Shown here in pieces: positions 17,513 through 27,037 of a stretch of 64,000 nt of DNA. Source of the DNA: an uncultured virus (IMG/VR IMGVR_UViG_3300025018_000106) (Duplodnaviria; Heunggongvirae; Uroviricota; Caudoviricetes). The notes under the pieces are model-generated. The model made no database searches and had not been told where the DNA came from. It saw only the letters and a program-made list of their open reading frames with translations. Position 1 is the stretch's first letter. Each line of letters opens with the position of its first letter. The stretch lies in the IMG/VR virus record IMGVR_UViG_3300025018_000106, one strand, 5' to 3'. The translations under genes were made by a program, and so were the position numbers.

Positions 17513-18333
17513 TTTTCAATTCTCCAACAGGCATGTCGCCATATTGGTTCATTGGCGAAGTCGTCAATAAAGACGATCCTACCAACAACGGTCGTGTCAA
17601 GGTGCGCGTCTTTGGTCTGCATCCCGAGGACCCGCCGAACCCAGACGGTGACAAGGAAGAACTGAACCGTGTCGAAGATCAAGACCTACCTTGGGCGATT
17701 TGTGTAAGCGGCACATACGGTAAGATGAACATGGTTCCTGACGAAGGCGACTGGGTTTTCGGTTTCATGGCAGACGGACGAGACGCGCAACACCCGTTTC
17801 TTCTGGGCGTCATTCCTGGTTCGAACCTGAACGATATGAATACGCCGGTTGGTCCGGGCACAGGAGGCGGTCCAGGCGTCACTGGCAACAGACAGGGACC
17901 GCTTGCGCCCGCGCCTAACACAACAGGTGATAGCTATCCGTTGACTCAAGCGGAGATTGAAGAAATCATCCGCGAAGAAGCGGAATTGCGTGGCATCGAT
18001 CCGGATACCGCTGTCGCGATATATCGTTCCGAAGGCGCTGGTTCGTATCAGTCAACCGTGCCGAGAACGGGTAGTGGTTCTTTGAACGGCCGAGAAGCCT
18101 CTTTCGGACCATACCAACTTTTCATTGGCGCCGGTCTAGGCAACGAATACGAGAGATTGACAGGTAGAACGCTCACACAAGACAACACGGTTGATGGTAT
18201 CACCAACCAAATCCGATTTGCACTTGACCGCGCGGCGACCGGTGGATGGGGACCATGGTACGGCAGATTGACTGCTGGTGTCGGAACAAGAGACGGACTC
18301 GATGGCGCACAACCTGTAGGAAACTGGAACTGA
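17509..18333 (+). CDS. gp5: gp5 N-terminal part: OB-fold plus lytic transglycosylase-like domain
   Basis: WFIGEVVNKDDP..NGRVKVRVFGLH, DLPWA, GDWVFGF; then A..RGIDP..AVAI..SE and SFGPYQL. Confidence 0.82.
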   Translation: MIFNSPTGMSPYWFIGEVVNKDDPTNNGRVKVRVFGLHPEDPPNPDGDKEELNRVEDQDLPWAICVSGTYGKMNMVPDEGDWVFGFMADGRDAQHPFLLGVIPGSNLNDMNTPVGPGTGGGPGVTGNRQGPLAPAPNTTGDSYPLTQAEIEEIIREEAELRGIDPDTAVAIYRSEGAGSYQSTVPRTGSGSLNGREASFGPYQLFIGAGLGNEYERLTGRTLTQDNTVDGITNQIRFALDRAATGGWGPWYGRLTAGVGTRDGLDGAQPVGNWN

Positions 18334-18334
18334 C

Positions 18335-19306
18335 ATGAGCATTAGTAAAGATCGCATCGAAAACTTTGGACGGCCGCCTCTGTCACCTTATATGATTGGT
18401 GAACAGGCGGAGACGACCGCTGCTCCCATTCAAGGCGCAATGAGAGCGGAAGACCTACGTTTGCGCGAAGGTTCTCCTGAAACTTGGTCAGAACCAAACG
18501 TCATGATACCTTCAAGATCGATGAACACCGTGGTTTTCCAGTCTAAACGCGGCGGCAACTCCATCGTTGTAAACGATGAAGATTCCGAAGGCAACGGCTA
18601 CATGCTCATCACACACAGATCGGGTGCTGCTGTCCAAATCACGTCGGAAGGTACAGTGCTCATTAAGTCGTTTGGTGACACCTACAACACCTCCGAAGGA
18701 TATCAGTATCAGCGATCCGCAGGCGACACCAATATGAACGTCGGCGGCGAATGGAACGTCATGGTCGAAGGTGGTTCGGGCAACGTCTATATCAACGGCG
18801 ACCTGAACATAGAATGTGAGAATTTCAATCTAAAAGCAAGAGGAAAAGCCACTATGTCCTCGGGCGAAGGCATCGAAATGAAGGGCGCGAAATTCTCTAT
18901 GGAAGCACACTCTGACAACCTCGACTTGATTGCAAAGAACATCAAACTCGGTGCATCTGAGACCTTCAGTCTTGTATCGACCGGCGATATGTCACTTGGT
19001 ACCGAAGGAAACCTGAACTTGAAAGGTATGGGCGAGGTTCGCGTTGACGCGACGGGCGAACTCAAACTGGCAGGTTCTGAAACCAAAGTATTTGGTTCGA
19101 CGGTCTATCTTGATGATGTAGTGAGAATGGCCGAAGGCGGCGCCGGCGCAACGGGTGTGGAAGACCCGGTCACACCGTCTGTTGTCGAAGTCGAAGATCC
19201 TCCATCGCGCCGTCCTTCTATGGATGCAGACCGAGATATCAGAACAGTGAGAAATCGACCTGTGCCTTTGACAGGTAGAGAATTGGACGAGGATACACCG
19301 ATATGA
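18335..19306 (+). CDS. gp5 C-terminal part: beta-helix spike
   Basis: HRSGAAVQI, V.G..N..V.G...VYINGD.NI repeats, GSTVYL. Confidence 0.78.
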   Translation: MSISKDRIENFGRPPLSPYMIGEQAETTAAPIQGAMRAEDLRLREGSPETWSEPNVMIPSRSMNTVVFQSKRGGNSIVVNDEDSEGNGYMLITHRSGAAVQITSEGTVLIKSFGDTYNTSEGYQYQRSAGDTNMNVGGEWNVMVEGGSGNVYINGDLNIECENFNLKARGKATMSSGEGIEMKGAKFSMEAHSDNLDLIAKNIKLGASETFSLVSTGDMSLGTEGNLNLKGMGEVRVDATGELKLAGSETKVFGSTVYLDDVVRMAEGGAGATGVEDPVTPSVVEVEDPPSRRPSMDADRDIRTVRNRPVPLTGRELDEDTPI

Positions 19307-20928
19307 CCTGTAAACCAACCACGTTAGCACAAAAATATGCTGAAGGTTATCTGAGACCGGGAGGACCCACCTTCACCGGCGAGGTTGATTTTGTCAATTT
19401 CTTGGCACGCGCCAAGAATCCTGTAGAGAGATTTGACCGAGAACGTTTGTTCAACACAACTCTGGGATTGAACAACGCGCTTTCGAATACCAATCTAAGT
19501 AGTTGGCCTTATCTTGACAGCCGCGTGACGCAATCTCCTATTCTGTATCCAGAGATTGGTGATTTTCTATTGCAGACGGGATTTGAATTGGAAACAGTTG
19601 AAGGCGTTGTCAACATCTTCAACAACTATGTGGCCACTATTGATCCGCCTGATCCTTCGAGATTTGAAATTATCGAAAGCGAATTGCCTGTGGATTACAC
19701 AGAAATACTTGACCAACTTGAACTATACTATTCCGAAAACATCGCAAACACCATTTCAGGTGGTTTTTGCGGCGCCTTTGCTAATCCTTTCAATCAAATT
19801 CTTCAAGCGGTAGCCGCTATTCAATTGGGTGTTGACCTATTGAACAAACTCGCCAATTTCAGTCTTGACGACCTATTCAACACACTCAATTCGCTCAGAG
19901 ATAAATTGTTGTCGATTGTAGATGGATTGATTGAAAGTTTGACGACGCAGTTGCAGAACGCCATAAATCGAATTACCGCTTTGTCTCAATCTTTTTTGAG
20001 AACCATTCAAGGCATTGTAAACAACATTCGAACCTTTTACGAGAACTTTTCGATTGAAGCGATTCGTGAACAGATCGAAAGATTTATCAACGAAGCTGTC
20101 GCTCAATTCGAAGAACTCACGCCAGAAGCCATTGCGCTTTTGATGTTCCGTTTCTGTCAATTCGCGGAACTGATCCAATCCTTCTTGCAAAGCCCTATCA
20201 GTTTCCTAAATAACATTGTGAATAGATTTACCGACCAACAACAATTGTTGGCTTCGTTGGGCAACGACCAAACAAGAAACGCTGTTCGTGCGGGAGGACC
20301 AAGACTGTCTACGCCTTATATTGAAAGACGCAGACAGGATATGTATGATAACGCAAGACCTAATGATCCAACCGCTAGAGAGAGACCCGCGATCTACAGC
20401 TCAAGATTGTCGGAGTATGAGAGAAACGCGATTGCGAATCTGGGACCAAATGGTTTCCCAGGCTATTTCAATTTCAATGGCATTGGTCGATCAAGAAACG
20501 TGCCTTATCAAGGCGCCCACTATCTTGAAGTTGTGAATGAAGTTTGGGAGAAATTCGTTCCTCTTTGTCGCGAAATGGGCAGAGAAATGCAAATCAACAG
20601 TGCTTACAGGCATTCATCTGTAAATGGCGGTGTTTCTGGTTCTTTGCACCTAACAGGTCGCGCCCTTGACGTTAGTATTGCAGGTCTTTCCGATTCCGAA
20701 ATCAGAAGATTCATTGCGACCGCTTCTGGATTGGGATTTGGTGGTATTGGCGGTTATTCGTCATTCATACACGTCGATGTTGGTTCGCGTAGAATTTGGG
20801 GCCCAAACTCGCGTAGAAACTCTGTTGGTCAATTCCGATTTGCGGATGAACTCATTATACACGAAAGAAACGGTTATCAAAGAATCGATAACGTTCCTCT
20901 AGAACAACCTACTACAGGACCTTTCTAA
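19303..20928 (+). CDS. helical protein with C-terminal peptidase M15 domain
   Basis: INSAYR..SVNGG..GSLHLTGRALDV, GIGGYSSFIHVDVG. Confidence 0.8.
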   Translation: MTCKPTTLAQKYAEGYLRPGGPTFTGEVDFVNFLARAKNPVERFDRERLFNTTLGLNNALSNTNLSSWPYLDSRVTQSPILYPEIGDFLLQTGFELETVEGVVNIFNNYVATIDPPDPSRFEIIESELPVDYTEILDQLELYYSENIANTISGGFCGAFANPFNQILQAVAAIQLGVDLLNKLANFSLDDLFNTLNSLRDKLLSIVDGLIESLTTQLQNAINRITALSQSFLRTIQGIVNNIRTFYENFSIEAIREQIERFINEAVAQFEELTPEAIALLMFRFCQFAELIQSFLQSPISFLNNIVNRFTDQQQLLASLGNDQTRNAVRAGGPRLSTPYIERRRQDMYDNARPNDPTARERPAIYSSRLSEYERNAIANLGPNGFPGYFNFNGIGRSRNVPYQGAHYLEVVNEVWEKFVPLCREMGREMQINSAYRHSSVNGGVSGSLHLTGRALDVSIAGLSDSEIRRFIATASGLGFGGIGGYSSFIHVDVGSRRIWGPNSRRNSVGQFRFADELIIHERNGYQRIDNVPLEQPTTGPF

Positions 20929-21335
20929 TGGCAAGAACACCAATTACAGTCAAGCGAGAACTCTACTCCGACTTTTTCAAAGACTTCACCGAGAATCCGG
21001 TGAGCAACGATCTTGCCCGTAAGGTCAACGAAGAATCCGTGAAAGAGTCCATTCGCAATCTGCTTTTGACAGACAAAGGCGAACGCCCGATGCAACCGCG
21101 TCTGGGCGGTGATATACGTCGCCTTTTGTTTGACAACATGACGTCAGCGACACTCACAATCATCAAACAAGTCGTTGAAGAAACGATTCGTAATTACGAG
21201 CCGAGAGCACAACTCATCGGTGTTGATGTTCGTTCCACGATTGACGACAATGCGGTTCAGATAACAGTCGTTTTCAACGTCATAAATAGTGAAGATGATA
21301 TCACGTTGACCACGACTATTAGCAGGGTAAGATAA
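20928..21335 (+). CDS. gp25: baseplate wedge protein gp25
   Basis: SVKESIRNLLLTDKGERPMQP..G..IRRLLFD, IRNYEPRA. Confidence 0.93.
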   Translation: MARTPITVKRELYSDFFKDFTENPVSNDLARKVNEESVKESIRNLLLTDKGERPMQPRLGGDIRRLLFDNMTSATLTIIKQVVEETIRNYEPRAQLIGVDVRSTIDDNAVQITVVFNVINSEDDITLTTTISRVR

Positions 21336-23128
21336 TGGCCGATAACGCACCATTCACGTCACTCGACTTCGCACAAGTCAAAGAGGACCTAAAGACATAC
21401 CTAAAGAACCAAGATCGGTTCAAAGATTACGACTTCGAAGGTTCGAACCTGAACGTGCTTCTGGACGTTCTGGCCTATAACACGTTCCAACAGAGCGTGT
21501 ATCGTAACATGGTATTCTCGGAGATGTTCCTTGATTCGGTTCAGCTCCGCGAGAACGCTATGTCACATGCCAAGGAACTGAATTACCTGCCTGGTTCGCG
21601 GCAGTCCGCGACCTCGGTTCTAGACGTGACGATCAACGTGCCGAATCCCGAGAACGCGGCTTCTATCCTGTCTATTCCGAAGAACACGAAATTCAACGCT
21701 CAGTGTGGCAGTAAGTCTTACACATTCATCACCGACCAAAACCGCTCGGTGAGACGCATCAACAACGTCTACCGTATTACAGACCTGAGAGTCTATGAAG
21801 GTCGACAACTGAGTGAATTCTACACGGTGAACGATTCTAATCCTGCGCCTTACGTTATCAACAACGAAAACGTTGACACACGAAGCGTTCGCGTCTTTGT
21901 GCGAGAAAACTCCAATGTGAACTCCGAACGCGTCGAATATGTCGTCAAGAGTGATATCTTTGGTGTCACCGCGACAGACCGCGTGTTCTACATCGAACCA
22001 CACTTCGACAACCTCTACAAGGTCACATTCGGCCGCGACCGTTTCGGCGTTGAGCCTCCGAACGGCAGCGTCATTGAAATCGAATACCGAGTGACGAAAG
22101 GCGAAGAAGCCAATGGTGCGCGAAGCTTTACTCCTCTTGCGCCTATCTCAGGTTACAACGCGACAGTCAACACAGGAACGACCGCAACAAACGGCGCAGA
22201 ACGCGAGTCCGTTGAAGATATCAAATTCTTCGCGCCGAAGTCGATTCAGATTCAAGAACGTGCTGTCACCGTGACAGATTATGAAATCCTACTGAAACAG
22301 CGTTTTCCAAACATTCAAACGCTGTCGGTCTATGGCGGCGACCAAGCAACACCACCTCAATACGGCAAGGTGATTATCTCGGTTGACGTTCTTGGTTCGG
22401 AAGGCGCTGGCGCGTCCGAGATTCAGGAATACAAGACCTATCTACAAGACAAGACGCCTCTGACGATTGAGCCGGTTTTCGTGCCGGCAGAATTCTTGTT
22501 TGTCAACCTTGACATTGTGTGTTACTATAACCCGAAACTGACCACGAAGTCAAGCGAGAATTTGGAACAGAATATTACTACGGCGATCACCGCATACTCC
22601 GATACCGTGCTGAACAAATTCAATACGACCCTTCGCCAGTCGCGTCTTGCGAACGTGATTGATACAGCAGACGTGTCTATCCTCAACACAGATATCACCG
22701 CGAAGCCGATCATCGAATACGTACCAACTCTTGGCGCGACCGAAAACCCGATCTTTGACTTTGGCGACCAATTGGTGAGACCTTATGCGCTCAACGAAAA
22801 CGCAGGTTTCTCCTCATATAAACCTGCAATTGAGACTTCGCGTTTCACTCTTGAAGGAACTCTGGTCACTTTGATAGACGACGGTCTTGGCAACATTTCT
22901 GCGATCACGGCATCTTCCTCAGATCATCGCATTTTCAAACGCAATATTGGTACCGTCGATTACACAACAGGGATTGTTCGTCTTATCAACTTCAAGGTTG
23001 ATCGTTTCGAAGGCGCCGCAATTCGTATCATTACAAATACCGTCAACAAAGATGTGAAATCTAACAAGAACAAGATTTTGGTCCTGAGAGAACAAGACAT
23101 TAACATCAATATGGTGGCTGTCCGATAA
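21335..23128 (+). CDS. gp6: baseplate wedge protein gp6
   Basis: LDFAQVKEDLK..LK.Q..FKDYDFEGSNL.VLLDVLAYNT, EMFLDS, Q.RAVT..DY, PPQYGKV. Confidence 0.93.
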   Translation: MADNAPFTSLDFAQVKEDLKTYLKNQDRFKDYDFEGSNLNVLLDVLAYNTFQQSVYRNMVFSEMFLDSVQLRENAMSHAKELNYLPGSRQSATSVLDVTINVPNPENAASILSIPKNTKFNAQCGSKSYTFITDQNRSVRRINNVYRITDLRVYEGRQLSEFYTVNDSNPAPYVINNENVDTRSVRVFVRENSNVNSERVEYVVKSDIFGVTATDRVFYIEPHFDNLYKVTFGRDRFGVEPPNGSVIEIEYRVTKGEEANGARSFTPLAPISGYNATVNTGTTATNGAERESVEDIKFFAPKSIQIQERAVTVTDYEILLKQRFPNIQTLSVYGGDQATPPQYGKVIISVDVLGSEGAGASEIQEYKTYLQDKTPLTIEPVFVPAEFLFVNLDIVCYYNPKLTTKSSENLEQNITTAITAYSDTVLNKFNTTLRQSRLANVIDTADVSILNTDITAKPIIEYVPTLGATENPIFDFGDQLVRPYALNENAGFSSYKPAIETSRFTLEGTLVTLIDDGLGNISAITASSSDHRIFKRNIGTVDYTTGIVRLINFKVDRFEGAAIRIITNTVNKDVKSNKNKILVLREQDININMVAVR

Positions 23129-25410
23129 TGAATTTTCGAACGCGAAATAGTCAAGTCAGAAAGAATATCTACACCGATATTCCACAACAATTCCCGGCAA
23201 TTTACCGGGAAGATGGTCCTCTGTTTGTCGAATTTGTCGAAGCCTATTATGAATGCGAAAACGACTTTCGCGAAGCATACAATATTCGAGACATTGACAC
23301 CACATACGAACGCTTTCTGATCTATTTCAAAGAGAAGTATCTAAAGAACGTCCCTTTGGATACACAGGTCGATACGCGTTTCATTGTCAAACACATTCAA
23401 GACTTGTATCGTCGCAAGGGTTCAGAAGAATCGTTGCGCCTATTGTTTCGCCTATTCTTCAATGAAGAAATCGAAGTATTCTATCCAGCGACCAACATTC
23501 TGAAAATTTCGGATTCCAAATACGGTTCCGCTCTCTATCTGGAAATGCAACCGGTCAATACCTTCCGAAACTATCCGATTCGAAAGGGCGACCGTCTTTT
23601 TGGTGACACTTCGAAAGCGAAAGCGTTCGTTGACGAAATCGTGTTTCGCAACTTCGACGGCGTTCTAGTCCCGATTGTATATATCTCCAACACGTTCGGT
23701 CGCTTCTTGCGCGACGACAGTTTGACCGTCACAGGTCAACGCGTCAACGAACAAGGCGAGACGGTCGAAACGACGCTCTTTCCGGGTAAGATCATTCGAG
23801 GCAGCATTGACGAAGCTACGATCCAACCGGGTGTTAGAACGGCGGGCAACCGCATCGGTGACATTCTCGAAATTCGTTCGTTGGAGTCCGGTCTTGGCGG
23901 CCTTGCGGCTGTAACGAGTATCACAACGACCACGACCGGCGTTATCAAGTTTCGTGTCGAAGAAGGTGGTTATGGATACTCCGAGAACAACGCCGACAAT
24001 GATATCTATATCTCAAATCAGGTTGTCGTTACGGCAAACCTCGAAACGTTCAATACCTTCGATGTAATCTCCGCGAACAACGCACAGGTGGTTTCTGCGA
24101 ACGGGACACATGACGCGCTCTATGCGAACAACACCGTTTCTGGCGTCGCAGAAGTCATCAAGTATGACACGACACAGAAGGTTTTGTTCCTGCGCGCTGC
24201 GAACTCTGATATCGCGTTTGACGCTCTACCTCTAGGCGGCAAAGTCACGCTTGTAAACGAGACTTCGAACACCACATTCGATGTTGTCAATATCGCGTCT
24301 TACAACGGCGCGGCCGCGTTTGAAATCGGCAGTCTCAAAGACACCGAAGAAGTGATCTTGATTCCTGATATCATTGGCGACTTCGTGAACGTCCAACTCA
24401 ATTCGAGTGACTACGGAATGTCTGGTTCTGGCGCCGAGACGTTGAACACAACTTTGCGGGATGCGTTTACTCCTCTTGAACTAACCATCGGCGAAATTGC
24501 GACACTAAACGTCATTGACGAAGGTACCGAGTATCGTAACGATGTTGCGTCTATCGTGCGTCAACCTGAAATCACGAAGTTTGATAAGCGTGATATCGGG
24601 CTTGTGTTTGATCGTATCGACTTTATTCTACAGGAAGGCGACTTCATCACGCAAGAGATTGAAATTGAGGACTTGACATATCAAGCGAACACCGTGCCTT
24701 ACACTGTAAGAGGTGAATACATTCGTCGCGAAGGCAACGTGTTTTACTTCCGACAGAAGAGCTTTTACGGTTTCGACAACGACTTCCCGGTCAACATTCG
24801 AAACAACCTCTATACGATCCAGAGTATCACAATTGACAACGATTCGCAACCAATGGGTGACAACGCGGTGATTGAAGGACCTGCTGCGTTCGAAATTGGG
24901 CAGGTTGAGACTGTCAGTATCGTTGACACAGGATTCCGTTACCGTGACGGAGAAATCGTTGAACTTATCAACTCGAATGGCGAAGTGGCCGCTCGCGCGG
25001 CTATACGCGTGAGGGGTTCTGGATTCACCGAAGGTCGTTGGACGACAACGACCTCTTTCATCAGCGAAAGAACCAAGGTGATCCGTGACAACGATTACTA
25101 CCAAGAATATTCATACGATATTTCATCGATTGTCAATCCTGATTTGTATGAGACTCTGGTTCGCGATATCGTTCAAGTCGCAGGCACAAAACAGTTTAAT
25201 ACGCCGCTCATAAATAGTGACAACGATTTGGGCGTCTCTTTGGACGTTGCTTTCGAAGTTTACGATCTGTCTTATCTTCCTTATGTGGACGAGGCGAACA
25301 CTGAAATTGAATTGGCAACAGAACAAGACGCGAATACTGTATTGGCCGCGGTAATCGCAACACTAGACGAAGAAACCTCAAATAGCGTCACAACGCAAAT
25401 AGGAAGCTAA
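23128..25410 (+). CDS. baseplate wedge protein gp7-like
   Basis: FVEFVEAYYE, RDIDTT, KHIQDLYRRKGSEES..LLFRL, RDNDYYQEYSY. Confidence 0.75.
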   Translation: MNFRTRNSQVRKNIYTDIPQQFPAIYREDGPLFVEFVEAYYECENDFREAYNIRDIDTTYERFLIYFKEKYLKNVPLDTQVDTRFIVKHIQDLYRRKGSEESLRLLFRLFFNEEIEVFYPATNILKISDSKYGSALYLEMQPVNTFRNYPIRKGDRLFGDTSKAKAFVDEIVFRNFDGVLVPIVYISNTFGRFLRDDSLTVTGQRVNEQGETVETTLFPGKIIRGSIDEATIQPGVRTAGNRIGDILEIRSLESGLGGLAAVTSITTTTTGVIKFRVEEGGYGYSENNADNDIYISNQVVVTANLETFNTFDVISANNAQVVSANGTHDALYANNTVSGVAEVIKYDTTQKVLFLRAANSDIAFDALPLGGKVTLVNETSNTTFDVVNIASYNGAAAFEIGSLKDTEEVILIPDIIGDFVNVQLNSSDYGMSGSGAETLNTTLRDAFTPLELTIGEIATLNVIDEGTEYRNDVASIVRQPEITKFDKRDIGLVFDRIDFILQEGDFITQEIEIEDLTYQANTVPYTVRGEYIRREGNVFYFRQKSFYGFDNDFPVNIRNNLYTIQSITIDNDSQPMGDNAVIEGPAAFEIGQVETVSIVDTGFRYRDGEIVELINSNGEVAARAAIRVRGSGFTEGRWTTTTSFISERTKVIRDNDYYQEYSYDISSIVNPDLYETLVRDIVQVAGTKQFNTPLINSDNDLGVSLDVAFEVYDLSYLPYVDEANTEIELATEQDANTVLAAVIATLDEETSNSVTTQIGS

Positions 25411-25412
25411 TC

Positions 25413-27026
25413 ATGACAAAGATCATTACTGAAAACTTTCGCGTAGAGACAGCAAACGAGTTTTACAATTCGTTTGGTAATCAATCCTATTACATCATGG
25501 CTTCTTCTATTGAGGCAAACAACGCTATTGCAAATACTCAAAAAGAGAAAAGAGAGTTTCAACGCAATGTCTTGTTCGGCAATAAGATAACGCCGGCCAA
25601 TATCAAATACCTATTTGTCAACAACCCGTGGCAAACTGGAACTGTGTATGAGAGTTTTGATGACGAAAAAGACGTTGAACTCACCAACATGTATGTGACA
25701 GTCATTGACGAAGATTTTGGCGAAGGCCCTTACAAGGTCTACAAGTGCATTCGTAACAACGAAGGCGCGCCGTCTACAGTCAAACCTACCGGCACCGAAG
25801 AAACGACATTGGCGGATGGCTATGTTTGGAAATACATGTTCGATGTGCCAGCAGGCGAATACATCGAATACTCCACGACAACTGGACTTCCATATGTCGC
25901 AAACGCATCGGTAATTGCGGCTGCTGAAGAAAATGTTTCAGACATTCTCATTGAAACGACGCCGACGGGACTATTCAGCAGTTTTATCATCGGTACCGCA
26001 AACACAGAAACAAACCAAATAGATCCTGTCACCATTGAAAGTGTGATCGTTGACGACCCGACCGAAAACACATACGCAATCGTTATAAGAACAACGCAAG
26101 ACCCAAGACTTACCGAAGGCGCTTACATCGGTATGTATCTGCGCATCATCAATCCTGGTCAGGCAGAAGCGGTCTACGATATCTTGAACACAACGGCGAC
26201 GAGCGACCGACTTACAGTCTTTGTTCAATCGTCAATTAACCTTACGACGGTTTCGCCTAGCCTTGTCAACAAGCAATGTAATGTTGTTCCTAAAATCGAA
26301 GTGACCCAGAGCACAGGTCGACGTTGCGTCGCTTATGGCGAATTGGACGACGAAGGCACTCTAACATACGTCCAATTTGTTGACAAAGGTTCCGAATACA
26401 AATACGCGACGGCGAAGGTTTCGTTGCCTACATCAATTCAAGACCGCGAAGGCGAAACGGCACTACGCGTTGTGATATCACCCCGCGGCGGTCACGGTTC
26501 TGATCCTATTTCTGAAATGTATATGAGTAAGATCATGATCGTCACAAACTTTATTACGAACAACCTGACGAACATTCCGGATACAAACACATACACGAAG
26601 GTCGGTCTTATAAAGAATCCTTCTTTCGTCGGCAACACAACACCACTCGACTTTGACAATCGGCTGGTGATTACATCAAACTCTGACCTCACTTCGACGG
26701 TCAACCAAAACGATTATCTTGAACAGACTGTCAACGGCGAGAACATCACAGGTCGCATTCACGAAATTGCATATGACGCAAATACAAACCTGACAACGAT
26801 GTATGTTGCAGAATACGAAGGCGCCTTTTCGGACACTTTCCAACCAGGTGACGCATCCGCAAAAGCGAATCTAGACGACACAGAGTCCAACACGGTGACT
26901 ATAAATACAGTCAGTAACAAGACATATGTGGCTTACTCGGGCGATCTGTTGCATTTCATCGACTTTGATCCAATTGAGAGACAGGCCGACAGAAAAGAAA
27001 AGATCAAATTCGTCTTTGACTTCTAA
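25413..27026 (+). CDS. baseplate wedge protein gp8-like
   Basis: W..GTVY, YKVYKCIRNNEG..STVKP, DGYVWKYMF, ISPRGGHGSDP, EKIKFVFDF. Confidence 0.8.
   Translation: MTKIITENFRVETANEFYNSFGNQSYYIMASSIEANNAIANTQKEKREFQRNVLFGNKITPANIKYLFVNNPWQTGTVYESFDDEKDVELTNMYVTVIDEDFGEGPYKVYKCIRNNEGAPSTVKPTGTEETTLADGYVWKYMFDVPAGEYIEYSTTTGLPYVANASVIAAAEENVSDILIETTPTGLFSSFIIGTANTETNQIDPVTIESVIVDDPTENTYAIVIRTTQDPRLTEGAYIGMYLRIINPGQAEAVYDILNTTATSDRLTVFVQSSINLTTVSPSLVNKQCNVVPKIEVTQSTGRRCVAYGELDDEGTLTYVQFVDKGSEYKYATAKVSLPTSIQDREGETALRVVISPRGGHGSDPISEMYMSKIMIVTNFITNNLTNIPDTNTYTKVGLIKNPSFVGNTTPLDFDNRLVITSNSDLTSTVNQNDYLEQTVNGENITGRIHEIAYDANTNLTTMYVAEYEGAFSDTFQPGDASAKANLDDTESNTVTINTVSNKTYVAYSGDLLHFIDFDPIERQADRKEKIKFVFDF
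26900..26907 (+). promoter_or_regulatory. T4-type late promoter
   Basis: TATAAATA inside the gp8-like gene, upstream of 27038. Confidence 0.6.
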
Positions 27027-27037
27027 GGAAAGAATAC

